Of a stretch of 64,000 nt of DNA, positions 1 to 10,400 are shown in pieces. The translations under genes were made by a program, and so were the position numbers. Source of the stretch: a virus (Duplodnaviria > Caudoviricetes); the IMG/VR virus record IMGVR_UViG_3300011116_001229; one strand, 5' to 3'. The notes under the pieces were generated by a model that had not been told where the DNA came from, did not search any database, and saw nothing but the letters and a program-made list of their open reading frames with translations. Every line of letters starts with the position of its first letter. Within the stretch, counting starts at the first letter, position 1.

Positions 1-563
1 CAGCTAATTTTGAAAAATTTCGGTCGCTTTGCGAGAAACTCGGCGAGCGGTCGGAAGCAGCTCTTGCTCTTGTTGACCACCTTGGAGAAAGACTAGCTTT
101 GTGTCCTGCGTCCGGACGCAAAGAATACCATGCAGCTTACCCAGGCGGTCTAGTTGACCATTCTCTTCGGGTCTTGTCTTATTCTATGAAATTGTGTAAG
201 ACTTTTGGCTGGTCTGTCTCAAAAGAATCGTTGATCATCGGTTGTCTTTTTCACGACCTTGGAAAGGTGGGCGACCACGAGCATGACTATTATATCCCGC
301 AGGATTCTGACTGGCACCGTGAGAAGCTCGGAGAGATGTACAAACACAACAAAGACATACTGTATATGACGGTACCCGACCGCGGTGTGTGGCTCTGTCA
401 GCACTTTGGCCTTAAATTGACACAAGATGAGTGGCTGGCAATCAAACTAAATGACGGCCAGTACATACAGGAGAACACACCCTACAAGATGAAAGAACCT
501 CTCCTTGCTGATATTGTTCACCAAGCTGATATTATCGCAACAAAAGAAGAAAAAGATACTTGA
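1..563 (+). CDS. HD-domain phosphohydrolase, 5' partial
   Basis: Frame is open from the window start (ANFEKF...LALCPAS). HD motifs: YHAAYPGGLVDHS, FHDLGK, HQAD. Confidence 0.8.
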   Translation, partial: ANFEKFRSLCEKLGERSEAALALVDHLGERLALCPASGRKEYHAAYPGGLVDHSLRVLSYSMKLCKTFGWSVSKESLIIGCLFHDLGKVGDHEHDYYIPQDSDWHREKLGEMYKHNKDILYMTVPDRGVWLCQHFGLKLTQDEWLAIKLNDGQYIQENTPYKMKEPLLADIVHQADIIATKEEKDT

Positions 564-583
564 TAGACTGATATTTAAGTTGC

Positions 584-886
584 ATGGAAGAGTTACTTCG
601 TGAGTTCTTAGAACTGGCTTTATATGAGCTAAGGGATGCACGTGTGCCCAATCAGCTTCGTAGTAGAAAATCTAAGAAAAAAGACGACGAAGACAAGAAC
701 GAAATGTCGACAGTTGGTGTTAGTCTTGGTGGAGCTGCTGCCCCTGGTGGGCCACTTGGTCCTGGTGGATTTGGCGGTTATACAGCGCCCCTTGGTGCAT
801 CATCAGCTGACATGAAACCCGGCAAACATGCGACACCCGGTAAAAAAGTAAAGAAGCATAAGAAAAAACACGTTCGTATTAAGTGA
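584..886 (+). CDS. Hypothetical Gly/Pro-rich protein with basic tail
   Basis: 100-aa ORF; TATTTA at 572-577 precedes the ATG. Confidence 0.65.
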   Translation: MEELLREFLELALYELRDARVPNQLRSRKSKKKDDEDKNEMSTVGVSLGGAAAPGGPLGPGGFGGYTAPLGASSADMKPGKHATPGKKVKKHKKKHVRIK

Positions 887-1043
887 CAAGATTAAATGGA
901 TCTCTTCTTGCCAACAGCGTGAACAATCGCGTAGCTTCGGTATACAGTGTCACATATCAAAGGAGTTCGACCGTTAAAAGCATGTTGCTTAACAGCGGTC
1001 AACGTTACAATTAACGGAATAGGAAACGGAAAAGGAAAATATT

Positions 1044-1874
1044 ATGGCTATTGATCTAGAAGCAATTAAGAAGCGTGTTGCAGAACTCAGCGGTGTGAAG
1101 AAGACCTCGTCGGTCCAATTGTGGAAGCCTTCGATCGGTGAACACAAAATTCGCTGCCTACCATGGAAGAATGCACCGGATGGTCAACCTTTCGCAGAGA
1201 GGTGGTTCTACTACATCGGTGAGAATGCAGGCATTCTGGCACCCAACCAGTTTGGCAAACCAGACCCAATTAATGATCTCATTAAGAAGTTATACAGCAG
1301 TGGCAAGCCAGATGATCGTCTTCTTGCTAAGAAGTTGGCACCTAAAATGCGATGCTATGCACCTGTTGTCGTCCGCGGCGAAGAGGATAAGGGAGTTCAA
1401 GTCTGGGCATTCGGCAAACTTGTATACCAGAGAATGCTTAGCTTCTTCTTGGATGAAGAAGTTGGTGATATCTTATCGCCGTCAGAAGGATTTGACTTGA
1501 AGGTTTCAATTACAAAGCAACCTGGCAAGCAGTTCAATGACACGACTGTTGACCCAGCTCGTCGTCCTTCAAAGCTACATGAGGACGCAAAGGTGTCTGA
1601 GCAGTGGCTTAACTCAATCCCAAGCCTTGACGATATGTACCGCCTCAAGAATACGCAAGAAATTGAGACAGTTCTTAACAACTGGCTTTCAGGCGGGGCT
1701 CCCGCTGATGTTGAGAAGACCGATGGAACTGCTAGAGGCGTCGCACCAGTTGATGAACTTGACAGCTTGACTGCAGAGCTTAAGTCTTCTGCGCCTGCTG
1801 AAAAGAAGTCAAAGAAAGAGACAGCTAAGAAGCAGTCGCTTGATGAAGCTTTTGCTGACTTAATGAGCGAGTGA
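1044..1874 (+). CDS. Single-stranded DNA-binding protein, T4 gp32-like
   Basis: LWKP..G.H.IR.LP, aromatic-rich OB core, GFDLKV, acidic tail (LDEAFADLMSE); lies upstream of the recA-like gene. Confidence 0.75.
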   Translation: MAIDLEAIKKRVAELSGVKKTSSVQLWKPSIGEHKIRCLPWKNAPDGQPFAERWFYYIGENAGILAPNQFGKPDPINDLIKKLYSSGKPDDRLLAKKLAPKMRCYAPVVVRGEEDKGVQVWAFGKLVYQRMLSFFLDEEVGDILSPSEGFDLKVSITKQPGKQFNDTTVDPARRPSKLHEDAKVSEQWLNSIPSLDDMYRLKNTQEIETVLNNWLSGGAPADVEKTDGTARGVAPVDELDSLTAELKSSAPAEKKSKKETAKKQSLDEAFADLMSE

Positions 1875-1899
1875 CATTAGTTTAATTGTTGATCTCTTG

Positions 1900-1930
1900 A
1901 AAGCGCCGCCAACAGCGGCGCTTTCTTTTT
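1900..1930 (+). terminator. Rho-independent terminator
   Basis: AAAGCGCCGC-caaca-GCGGCGCTTT followed by CTTTTT. Confidence 0.85.
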
Positions 1931-1991
1931 CTGATCCATTAAAACAAATTGAGTAGTCTATGTTAGAATGAGAGGCAACTGAGAGTTACAT

Positions 1992-3179
1992 ATGGTTAAG
2001 AAGACAAAAAGTGAAATAAGCGCTGAAGACAATATTGTTGACTCAATGACTAATGATTTGATCAAAGCTCTTAACAAAGAGTTTGGCCAAAAGATTGCTT
2101 TTAATCTATCAGAAGATGAAGCACCAACCATCGTAAAGCGCTGGATCGATACAGGTTCTATTCAGCTTAACTACGCCGTGAGAAATGCATTCGCTGGCGG
2201 TTATCCAGAGGGACGAATCATTGAGATCAGCGGACCACCTTCCATCGGCAAGTCTCATCTTGCCTACCATGCAGCGCTTGTAGTTCAGTCTCTCGGTGGG
2301 CTTGTGGTTTATATTGACACTGAGAATGCTACAAGCCCCCAGAAGCTCGCTGATATGGGCATCGATGTTCGTAAGCGATTTGTTTATTGTGACTCACACT
2401 GTACAGAAGAGGTATTCTCGATTATTGAGTCAACAATTCTTAAGGCGAAACAGATCATAGACAAGAATGTTCCCATCTTGGTTGTATGGGACTCAGTCGC
2501 AGCAACATCACCAAAGGCAGAACTTGACGGTGAGTACGAAGATAACACAATCGGTCTTCAGGCTCGCGTAATTTCAAAGGGTATGCGTAAGATCACTGGT
2601 GTGATTGGTCAGAATAACGTAACTCTTCTCTGTCTTAATCAGTTAAGAACTGCAATCGGAGTAATGCACGGTGACCCAGACATTACACCAGGTGGAAAAT
2701 CCATCCCTTACCATGCGTCTCTCAGAATTAAGTTAACTAGCGGTACGCAGGTAAAAGACAAGAATGGAAATGTGATTGGTATTCACGTCATCTGCACGAT
2801 CAAGAAGAATAAGGTTGCTCCGCCATTCCGCAAATGTGAGTTCGATATTATCTTTGGCAAGGGTATCGTTGAGGATGAGTACATCTTTGATGAAGTCCGA
2901 AATCACTGCAAGGATGTTGGACCTGTTAAGCGTAAGGGTAAGTCAATTAAGATATCAGGTGAAGGCGCATGGAAAGAACTTTCAGTCCTTGATGACAAGA
3001 CAGGCGAAGTTATTATTGAAAAGAAGTTCTACAAGAATGAGTTTGGTGCATTGCTAAAAGATGACAAATATTCACCATGGATTATGGAGGCAATTGATTC
3101 AGCGCTTACGCTTGTGAGTGGTCCCCCACGCGATGAGTCGGATGTAATTGAAGACGACGAGGAAGATTCCGATGAGTGA
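1992..3179 (+). CDS. recA: RecA/UvsX recombinase
   Basis: GRIIEISGPPSIGKS (Walker A), YIDTE, VVWDSVAA (Walker B), IGLQAR, PGGK, KNKVAPPF. Confidence 0.95.
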   Translation: MVKKTKSEISAEDNIVDSMTNDLIKALNKEFGQKIAFNLSEDEAPTIVKRWIDTGSIQLNYAVRNAFAGGYPEGRIIEISGPPSIGKSHLAYHAALVVQSLGGLVVYIDTENATSPQKLADMGIDVRKRFVYCDSHCTEEVFSIIESTILKAKQIIDKNVPILVVWDSVAATSPKAELDGEYEDNTIGLQARVISKGMRKITGVIGQNNVTLLCLNQLRTAIGVMHGDPDITPGGKSIPYHASLRIKLTSGTQVKDKNGNVIGIHVICTIKKNKVAPPFRKCEFDIIFGKGIVEDEYIFDEVRNHCKDVGPVKRKGKSIKISGEGAWKELSVLDDKTGEVIIEKKFYKNEFGALLKDDKYSPWIMEAIDSALTLVSGPPRDESDVIEDDEEDSDE

Positions 3180-3642
3180 CAAGGGAATGACAAGAAAAGT
3201 TAACCCGATCTGGGTAAGAGCTACCATTGACAAAAACGGATCTTTCCCTAAATACCAGACGGAGTCTTCAATAGGCTGCGATTTGCACGCTGCTGAAGAT
3301 GCTGTTATTAAACCAGGAAAAAGATTGCTTATTGGAACTGGAATCCGTCTAGAGACGCCTAGCGGCATCGGAGCAATCGTATGTTCTAGATCAGGACTTG
3401 CGATCAAGCATGGTGTAGCTGTCCTAAACTCTCCAGGAATAATTGATAGTGACTTTAGGGGAGAAATAAAAGTTATACTACACAACTCCGGTGATGAAGA
3501 TTTTCACGTAAATGCAGGTGATAGAATTGCACAGCTCGTGTTTTTCCCAATTGTGCAAGCTATCTTTCAGCATTCCGAAGAATTAACACAGACAGGACGC
3601 GGCGAGGGCGGATTTGGTAGTACTGGTATTTCTTCGACATGA
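3172..3642 (+). CDS. dut: Trimeric dUTPase
   Basis: GCDL, SRSGLA, GIIDSDFRGE, RIAQLV, RGEGGFGSTG. ATG at 3172 overlaps the recA stop. Confidence 0.95.
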   Translation: MSDKGMTRKVNPIWVRATIDKNGSFPKYQTESSIGCDLHAAEDAVIKPGKRLLIGTGIRLETPSGIGAIVCSRSGLAIKHGVAVLNSPGIIDSDFRGEIKVILHNSGDEDFHVNAGDRIAQLVFFPIVQAIFQHSEELTQTGRGEGGFGSTGISST

Positions 3643-3660
3643 TATTTAGGAGGACAAATT

Positions 3661-3963
3661 ATGAAGTCTAATGAAGTATTAAGTTTTTTGCTTTTCGTAG
3701 CGGGTTATACCCTTGGAAGGGTAGACACAATTATTGGATCTTTTAAAAATAAGAAGCTCGAATCTTTTGTTGATAAAGTCTGCCAAGATGAGAAGAAAGA
3801 TAAAAACAAAAAGAAGCTTTTAATCGATGACAAAAAATATGTGACCAAAGTTTCTACAGAAAAATTTAAGAAAAGTGCTGATCTTGGTGTTCAGTCAGAA
3901 GTTAATGACAGCATTGAAAACGAAACAGCTAAGCTGAGCTCACTGAAAAAAAAGAAAGGCTGA
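3661..3963 (+). CDS. Small protein with N-terminal hydrophobic segment and Lys-rich tail
   Basis: VLSFLLFVAGYTLG; GGAGG Shine-Dalgarno; ends 2 nt before the actin-like gene. Confidence 0.65.
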   Translation: MKSNEVLSFLLFVAGYTLGRVDTIIGSFKNKKLESFVDKVCQDEKKDKNKKKLLIDDKKYVTKVSTEKFKKSADLGVQSEVNDSIENETAKLSSLKKKKG

Positions 3964-3965
3964 TT

Positions 3966-4970
3966 ATGGCTAAAGGTCTAGACGTTGGAACATCTTTTAT
4001 TGTGCTTGCATCTGAGGGTAACAAGGGCAAAGTAGTCTACAAAGACTTTAGAGACGCTTTTTATGTCATTAAGCCCACGACTCCAATCGCCACAAAGATG
4101 ATTGAGAAGGGTCTTTCTGGCAAGATCTTTGTAAAAGATGACGATGGATCTTTTATTATTCTAGGAAAAGACGCGATTGAGAAGGCAGTCGAGAGAAATG
4201 ACTCAGCCAAGCGTCCAATGCACAAGGGTGTGGTTTCTTCTAAAGAGAAAGAAGCTAGAAGAATTTTAACATACATACTTAAAGAAGTTGCAGGACAAGC
4301 AGCTGAACAAGATGAAAAACTTGTCTTCTGCATTCCGGCTCAACCTGTCGATCAAGAGGATGAAGATTTTGACGTTGGTTATCATGAAGACGTCGTTAAG
4401 TCTGTTCTTTCTGATTGCGGCTATGACGCAAAGTCTATTAATGAAGCAGAAGCCCTTTGCTATTCTGAGCTTGCAGATGATGATTACACCGGTGTTGCTC
4501 TGTCGTGGGGCGCAGGGATGGTGAACGTCTGCGTGATGCTCAATGGTGAGCCTGTGCTGAAATTCTCAACAACAAAGTCCGGTGACTGGATTGATCGTAT
4601 GGCAGCAGTTGCCACTGGAGAAACTGACTCTGTCGTACAGGCGGAGAAAGAAAATGGTGATTTCACAGTGGGGCAAGACAATGATAATCAAGTTCTTGCG
4701 GCCGTTGCTTCTTACTACGATAGACTAATTGATTACACTGCAAAACAATTAGTAGATGCGCTAGAGGAAAACAAAGCACTGCCCAAGTTTAAGGATGCAA
4801 TTCCAGTTGTTCTTGCAGGCGGCACGACAAAGGCAAAAGGCTTTGTCGACCACTTTAAGATTAAGCTTGAAGAAAATGGGTTTCCGCTGCCCGTCAAGGA
4901 TGTTCGCCATGCAGCTGATCCTCTTCACGCTGTGGCTAGAGGCTGCTTAATCGCATCCCAGATTCTTTGA
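3966..4970 (+). CDS. Actin-fold ATPase (MreB/ParM/MamK-like)
   Basis: GLDVGT (phosphate-1), INEAEAL (connect-1), SWGAG (phosphate-2 variant), VLAGGT (adenosine), AVARG (connect-2). Confidence 0.8.
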   Translation: MAKGLDVGTSFIVLASEGNKGKVVYKDFRDAFYVIKPTTPIATKMIEKGLSGKIFVKDDDGSFIILGKDAIEKAVERNDSAKRPMHKGVVSSKEKEARRILTYILKEVAGQAAEQDEKLVFCIPAQPVDQEDEDFDVGYHEDVVKSVLSDCGYDAKSINEAEALCYSELADDDYTGVALSWGAGMVNVCVMLNGEPVLKFSTTKSGDWIDRMAAVATGETDSVVQAEKENGDFTVGQDNDNQVLAAVASYYDRLIDYTAKQLVDALEENKALPKFKDAIPVVLAGGTTKAKGFVDHFKIKLEENGFPLPVKDVRHAADPLHAVARGCLIASQIL

Positions 4971-5016
4971 CTTTAGTTAATTGTAAAGATAGATACGAAC
5001 GTGCAAATATAAGCGC

Positions 5017-5988
5017 ATGAGTCTAGTTTTACTAATAGATGGAATGAATCTTTTCGTTCGATCCTGGGCTGCTTTCCCGCAGATGTCAACTCATGGCTAT
5101 CAAGTGGGCGGGTGTGTAGGATTTCTTAAGACGCTGCAGAAACTCGTGAGAGAATTATCACCCTCTTCAGTCTGTGTTGCATGGGAAGGCGGAGGGTCTC
5201 AGAGGCGTCGAAAATTATTCCCAGAATATAAGCTTAATAAACGCCCCGAGAAATTAAATAGATTTTATGGGGACGACATTCCTGACACAGAGAAAAATAA
5301 GAAGCATCAACTTTTATCTCTCCTCAGCATGCTTAAGCAGACACCTGTCTGCCAAGTCTATGTCGACAACTGCGAAGGAGACGACATTATTGCTTTCCTC
5401 TGTAAAGGACCCTTTAGAGAAGATGATAAAATTATCGTGTCTTCTGACAAAGATATGCTGCAGCTCCTCGATGAAAGAACAAGAATATACTCAACTCACA
5501 AGAAGAGAATTGTCACGAGTGAAGATGTTCTAAAAGAATATAAGATTCACGTTAACAATTTTGCGATAGCCAAAGCACTTTGCGGAGACAGTTCAGACAA
5601 CATCCCGGGTGTGAAAGGTCTAGGTTATAAGACTGTTTCTTCTAAGTTTCCTTTCTTGGCAAAGGAAGAGACTATTATTCTTCAAGACCTCTTAAACTAC
5701 TCCGCTAGTCACACATCTGAGAGCGTTATCTATAAGAGGGTGCACTCTGAGTCTCAAGCGGTGCATAGAAATTGGAACTTGGTTCATCTTGATGGTAGTA
5801 TGCTCTCTGCAGATCAAACATCAAAGCTTCAAAATGTAATAGATACATTTGAGCCTAGAGCGAATAGGATTGAGCTCATCAAGACGCTTGTCAAAGAAGG
5901 CATAAATGATTTCGACGTCGATAAATTCTTTTACGATTTATCTTGCGTTAAGGGTCTGAAGAACACGGCAAGGATGCAAAATGACTGA
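5017..5988 (+). CDS. 5'-3' exonuclease/flap endonuclease (T4 RNase H-like)
   Basis: LIDGMN, EGDD, SSDKD, GDSSDNIPGVKGLG (H3TH motif). Confidence 0.92.
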   Translation: MSLVLLIDGMNLFVRSWAAFPQMSTHGYQVGGCVGFLKTLQKLVRELSPSSVCVAWEGGGSQRRRKLFPEYKLNKRPEKLNRFYGDDIPDTEKNKKHQLLSLLSMLKQTPVCQVYVDNCEGDDIIAFLCKGPFREDDKIIVSSDKDMLQLLDERTRIYSTHKKRIVTSEDVLKEYKIHVNNFAIAKALCGDSSDNIPGVKGLGYKTVSSKFPFLAKEETIILQDLLNYSASHTSESVIYKRVHSESQAVHRNWNLVHLDGSMLSADQTSKLQNVIDTFEPRANRIELIKTLVKEGINDFDVDKFFYDLSCVKGLKNTARMQND

Positions 5989-7426
5989 TAGTGAAAATAT
6001 GCTGAAGGCTGGGACTGTAACTTTCGGGCAGTTTGGCAAGTCTTTTCAAGAAAAACTTGTCCAGGCTCTTCTCACTGACACAAAGTGGGCAGAACAAATG
6101 ATGGAAGTAATCGACAATGGTTACTTTGAAGTAAACTATTTAAGATTTTTATCTGATCGATATTTTTCTTATGCAAAGAAATACAAGGTATTTCCTACAT
6201 TGCAGCTACTAATCACTATCATTAGAGATGACTTAAAGACGGGCACCGATACGATTCTACGCGATCAGATCATTGATTATCTTCAGCGTATGAAGGCAAA
6301 TCCAGACGTAGGTGATCTACAATTCGTCAAAGATAAGTCGCTCGATTTCTGTCGCAAGCAAGCTCTGAAGAAGGCTCTTGAAGATGCCGTTGATCAAATT
6401 GCTGCTGAGAAGTACGAGTCTATTGTTGAGTCAATTAAGAAAGCCGTTCTCGTTGGTACAGCACCGGCTCTTGGACATGACTTCTTTGCTGATTACGAGT
6501 CGAGATTCACTCGTCTACAAAGAAACTGCGTTCCAACAGGTCTCGACGAGCTCGATCGTAAAGAGATCCTCAACGGAGGCCTTGGTGCCGGTGAAATCGG
6601 AGTTATTGTCGCGGCAACAGGCGTCGGCAAATCCCACTTCCTTACAATGCTCGGTGCTAACGCTCTAAAGCAAGGCAAGAATGTTTTGCATTACACCTTC
6701 GAGCTTTCTGAAACAGCGGTCGGCGTGCGCTACGATTCAAATCTATGCGATATGGAATCCAACCAGGTCATCGACCGCAAGGACGAAGTTTTGGAAAAGT
6801 ACAAAGACATGAAGCTTGGTCGACTCATCATCAAGGAGTTTCCAACTAATACTGCTTCTATCTACACAGTTCGATCCCACATCGAACGTCTTGATGTCAA
6901 AGGTTTCAGGCCTGATGTAATTGTTATTGACTATGCTGATATTATGCGATCAACTAGACAGTTTGATTCTTTAAGACATGAATTAAAACTCGTTTATGAA
7001 GAGCTTCGTGGTTTTGCTTCAGAAAAAGGCATACCAATCTGGACTGCATCGCAGTCAAATAAAGAAGGATCTAACAGTGAGATCGTCGATCTCAGCAATA
7101 TGTCTGAGGCTTACGGCAAGGCTATGGTTGCTGACGTGGTTCTCTCTATCTCTCGTAAGTCGCATGAGAAAGCCACCGGATGGGGTCGTCTATTTGTTGC
7201 AAAAAATAGAGCAGGTAGAGACGGTTTAGTTTATCCAATTAAGATTGATACTGCACGAAGCAGGTTTGAAGTCGCCGGCCAAGCTGGTTCTCTTGAAGAT
7301 AGCAAGGTTGATGATGATGTTGCGCAGAAGAAGGCGCTTAAAGCAAAGTGGGAAGAACTAAAAAAAGAACTTCCAACGAAGAAAACTAACTTTGAAGCTA
7401 GCAGTTCTCTAGCAATTGTTGTATAG
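5981..7426 (+). CDS. Replicative helicase, DnaB/gp41 family
   Basis: AATGVGKS (Walker A), YTFELSE, VIDYAD, WTASQ, KNRAG. Confidence 0.92.
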   Translation: MTDSENMLKAGTVTFGQFGKSFQEKLVQALLTDTKWAEQMMEVIDNGYFEVNYLRFLSDRYFSYAKKYKVFPTLQLLITIIRDDLKTGTDTILRDQIIDYLQRMKANPDVGDLQFVKDKSLDFCRKQALKKALEDAVDQIAAEKYESIVESIKKAVLVGTAPALGHDFFADYESRFTRLQRNCVPTGLDELDRKEILNGGLGAGEIGVIVAATGVGKSHFLTMLGANALKQGKNVLHYTFELSETAVGVRYDSNLCDMESNQVIDRKDEVLEKYKDMKLGRLIIKEFPTNTASIYTVRSHIERLDVKGFRPDVIVIDYADIMRSTRQFDSLRHELKLVYEELRGFASEKGIPIWTASQSNKEGSNSEIVDLSNMSEAYGKAMVADVVLSISRKSHEKATGWGRLFVAKNRAGRDGLVYPIKIDTARSRFEVAGQAGSLEDSKVDDDVAQKKALKAKWEELKKELPTKKTNFEASSSLAIVV

Positions 7427-7451
7427 TTAGAATCCACGCAAGAGAGAAAAT

Positions 7452-10400
7452 ATGTCGTACACACGTGATGAAGCTTTTAACGCCTCTTTAAAGTATTTCA
7501 ACGGAGATGAATTAGCTGCGAGCGTATTTGTTGATAAATACGCGCTGAGAGACGCGTCAGGGAAATTACACGAACTGACACCGTCAGATATGCACCGTAG
7601 ACTGGCGCGTGAGTTTGCAAGAATTGAAGCCAAGTATCCCAATCCGTTGTCTGAAAAAGAAATCTTTTGTCTTTTGGCTGACGTAGATCACATTGAAGAA
7701 TCAAAGCGCGCATCTATGACATTGGATGAATTGGCTTCTGAATCTCGAGGATTCGGTGCCGTGGTGCCGCAGGGTTCTCCGATGTCGGCCATTGGTAATG
7801 AATTTCAGTATCAGTCGTTATCTAATTGCTTCGTGATTCAGTCGCCTTATGATTCCTACGCTGGTATCCTAAAAGCCGACCAAGAGCAAGCTCAAATCAT
7901 GAAACGTCGAGGAGGTGTTGGCTTTGATGTTTCTACTATTCGTCCAAAAGGATTAATCACAGCAAACGCTGCCCGTACCACAGACGGCATTGGGGTCTTC
8001 ATGGAAAGGTTCTCAAATACCTGCCGCGAAGTTGCCCAAGGTGGCCGCCGCGGAGCGTTAATGCTTACTATCGATGTTCACCACCCAGAGATCCGCACCT
8101 TCATCAACATCAAGCGCGACCTCAAGAAGGTTACTGGTGCCAACATCTCCATTCGTCTCACTGACGAATTCATGCAAGCAGTGAAAGATGGTGAAAAAGC
8201 ACACCTTAGATTCCCTGTTGAGAAGGACGCAAAGCATACAGTTGAAACTTGGGTTGATGCTCGAGAACTTTGGCATGAAATTATTGAAGCAGCTTGGGCT
8301 TCTGCAGAACCAGGACTATTATTCTGGGACACTGTCAAGAAGCGTACACCAACTGAGGCATATGAGGATTATCGTTCAACATCCACGAATCCATGTATTG
8401 TTGGTGATACGCTCATTGCCGTTGCAGACGGAAGAAATGCAGTCAGTATCCGTCAGCTTGCGGAAGAAGGCAAGGACGTTCCGGTGTATTCGACTAACCC
8501 AGAAACTGGTCAAGTTGAAATTAAATTAGGAAGAAAACCGAGACTAACAAAGAATCAAGTCGAGGTCTGGAAGTTGACGCTTGACGATGGAAGCTTCCTT
8601 ATTGCAACACCTGATCATAGGATCATGAAGCGCGACTGCACTTATGTGGAGCTTCAGAACCTAAAGTCTGGTGATTCCATCTTTCCATTCAACTCTTTTA
8701 ATTCAAATGGGTACAGACAAGTTTCCAACACAGGTGTCTTGATGACAGGCGGAGCTCGAAGAAATAGACGACAGTATCGTCTCATCCACGAGTTCCATTT
8801 TGGGCCCGTTGATCCAAAAATTCATGCTATTCATCATATTGATTGTGATTCTCTCAATGACAGCATTGAGAACATGAGGATCATGACCCATAAGGAACAT
8901 CATGATTTACATTCTAAGAACATGCTGGGGGAGAGCAATCCTTACTTCAAGATGTCTGAAGAGTGGAAAACAAACTTTGCAACCCATCCTGGCGAAACAA
9001 ATGGCAGATTCTCGGGCCATACTAACGATCAGCTTCTTGAACATGGCAGGAATCTATTTGAGAAACATGGCAAGCTGACAGGAAAGATCTGGTCGGACCA
9101 TGCCAAGAAACATGGTCTACCTCAATTCCTTGCAAATAAGTTCCGGTTTGAGTCTTGGAATAACTTTGTTAATCAGGTATCTAACAATCACAAGGTCGTC
9201 TCAGTAGAGAAATTCGGCATTGAGGATGTCTACAATATCACGGTTGACGATAATCACAACTACCATGTTATCACTTCACATGAGGATTCCAAGTTCGTGG
9301 TTTCCTCTGGCATCTGTGTCAAGAACTGCGGTGAAATCGTTCTATCACCATACGATTCTTGTAGGTTGCTTCTCGTCAATCTCTACAAGTTCGTCAAGAA
9401 CCCATTCACATCTGCTGCCTCATATGACAACGAGAGACTCAAGGATGTTGCAGTTAAAGCACAGCGTCTCATGGATGATCTCATCGACCTTGAGATTGAA
9501 GCTGTTGATAAGATCATTGCTAAGATTCAGAATGATCCAGAACCAGAAGACGTTAAAAGGTCTGAACTTGACCTCTGGACTAAGATTAAAAAAGCAGCTC
9601 TCGGAGGTCGGAGAACTGGCTTGGGTATCACTGCGCTTGGAGACACATTGGCTGCAATGGGCTTCGTCTACGGTTCAAAGAATTCTATCCAAATGACTGA
9701 ATCGCTCTACAAGGCATTAGCACTTTCTGCCTATCGTTCGACTGTCGCGATGGCTGCAGAGCGTGGTGCATTCCCAGTCTTCTCTCATAAGCTTGAGGAG
9801 AAGCATCCATTCATCCAACAAATCCTTGAAGCAGACCCTGATCTCGCAAAGGATTACAAGAAGCACGGCCGCCGAAACATCGCTCTAACAACTACAGCAC
9901 CGGCTGGTTCTGTGTCTGTCCTAACGCAAACGACGTCTGGTATCGAGCCGGCGTTCATGCTCTTCTACAAACGCCGCAAGAAGGTCAACGGTGATGATCC
10001 AAATGTTCGTGTCGACTTTGTAGATCCACTCGGCGACAAGTGGCAGGAGTACATGGTATACCATCATGCTTTCAAGAAGTGGATGGAGGTCAACGGAAAG
10101 ACCGAAACCGACTTCGCTGAGTCTCCATACCACGGCGGCACCGCAAATGAGATCGATTGGGTTGCCAAGGTCGACCTCCAAGCCGCCGCCCAGAAGTGGA
10201 TCTGTCATTCTATCTCCAACACAACAAACATTCCAAATTCAACTTCAGTTGATGTTGTCAAGGGCATCTACATGAGGGGTTGGGAGACTGGGTGTAAGGG
10301 TGTCACAATCTATCGTGATGGATGCCGAACCGGCGTTCTCGTAGCAGAGACTCCGAAGGAAGAGCAGACAATTGAAGGTCAGCCTGATACCTTAATAGAA

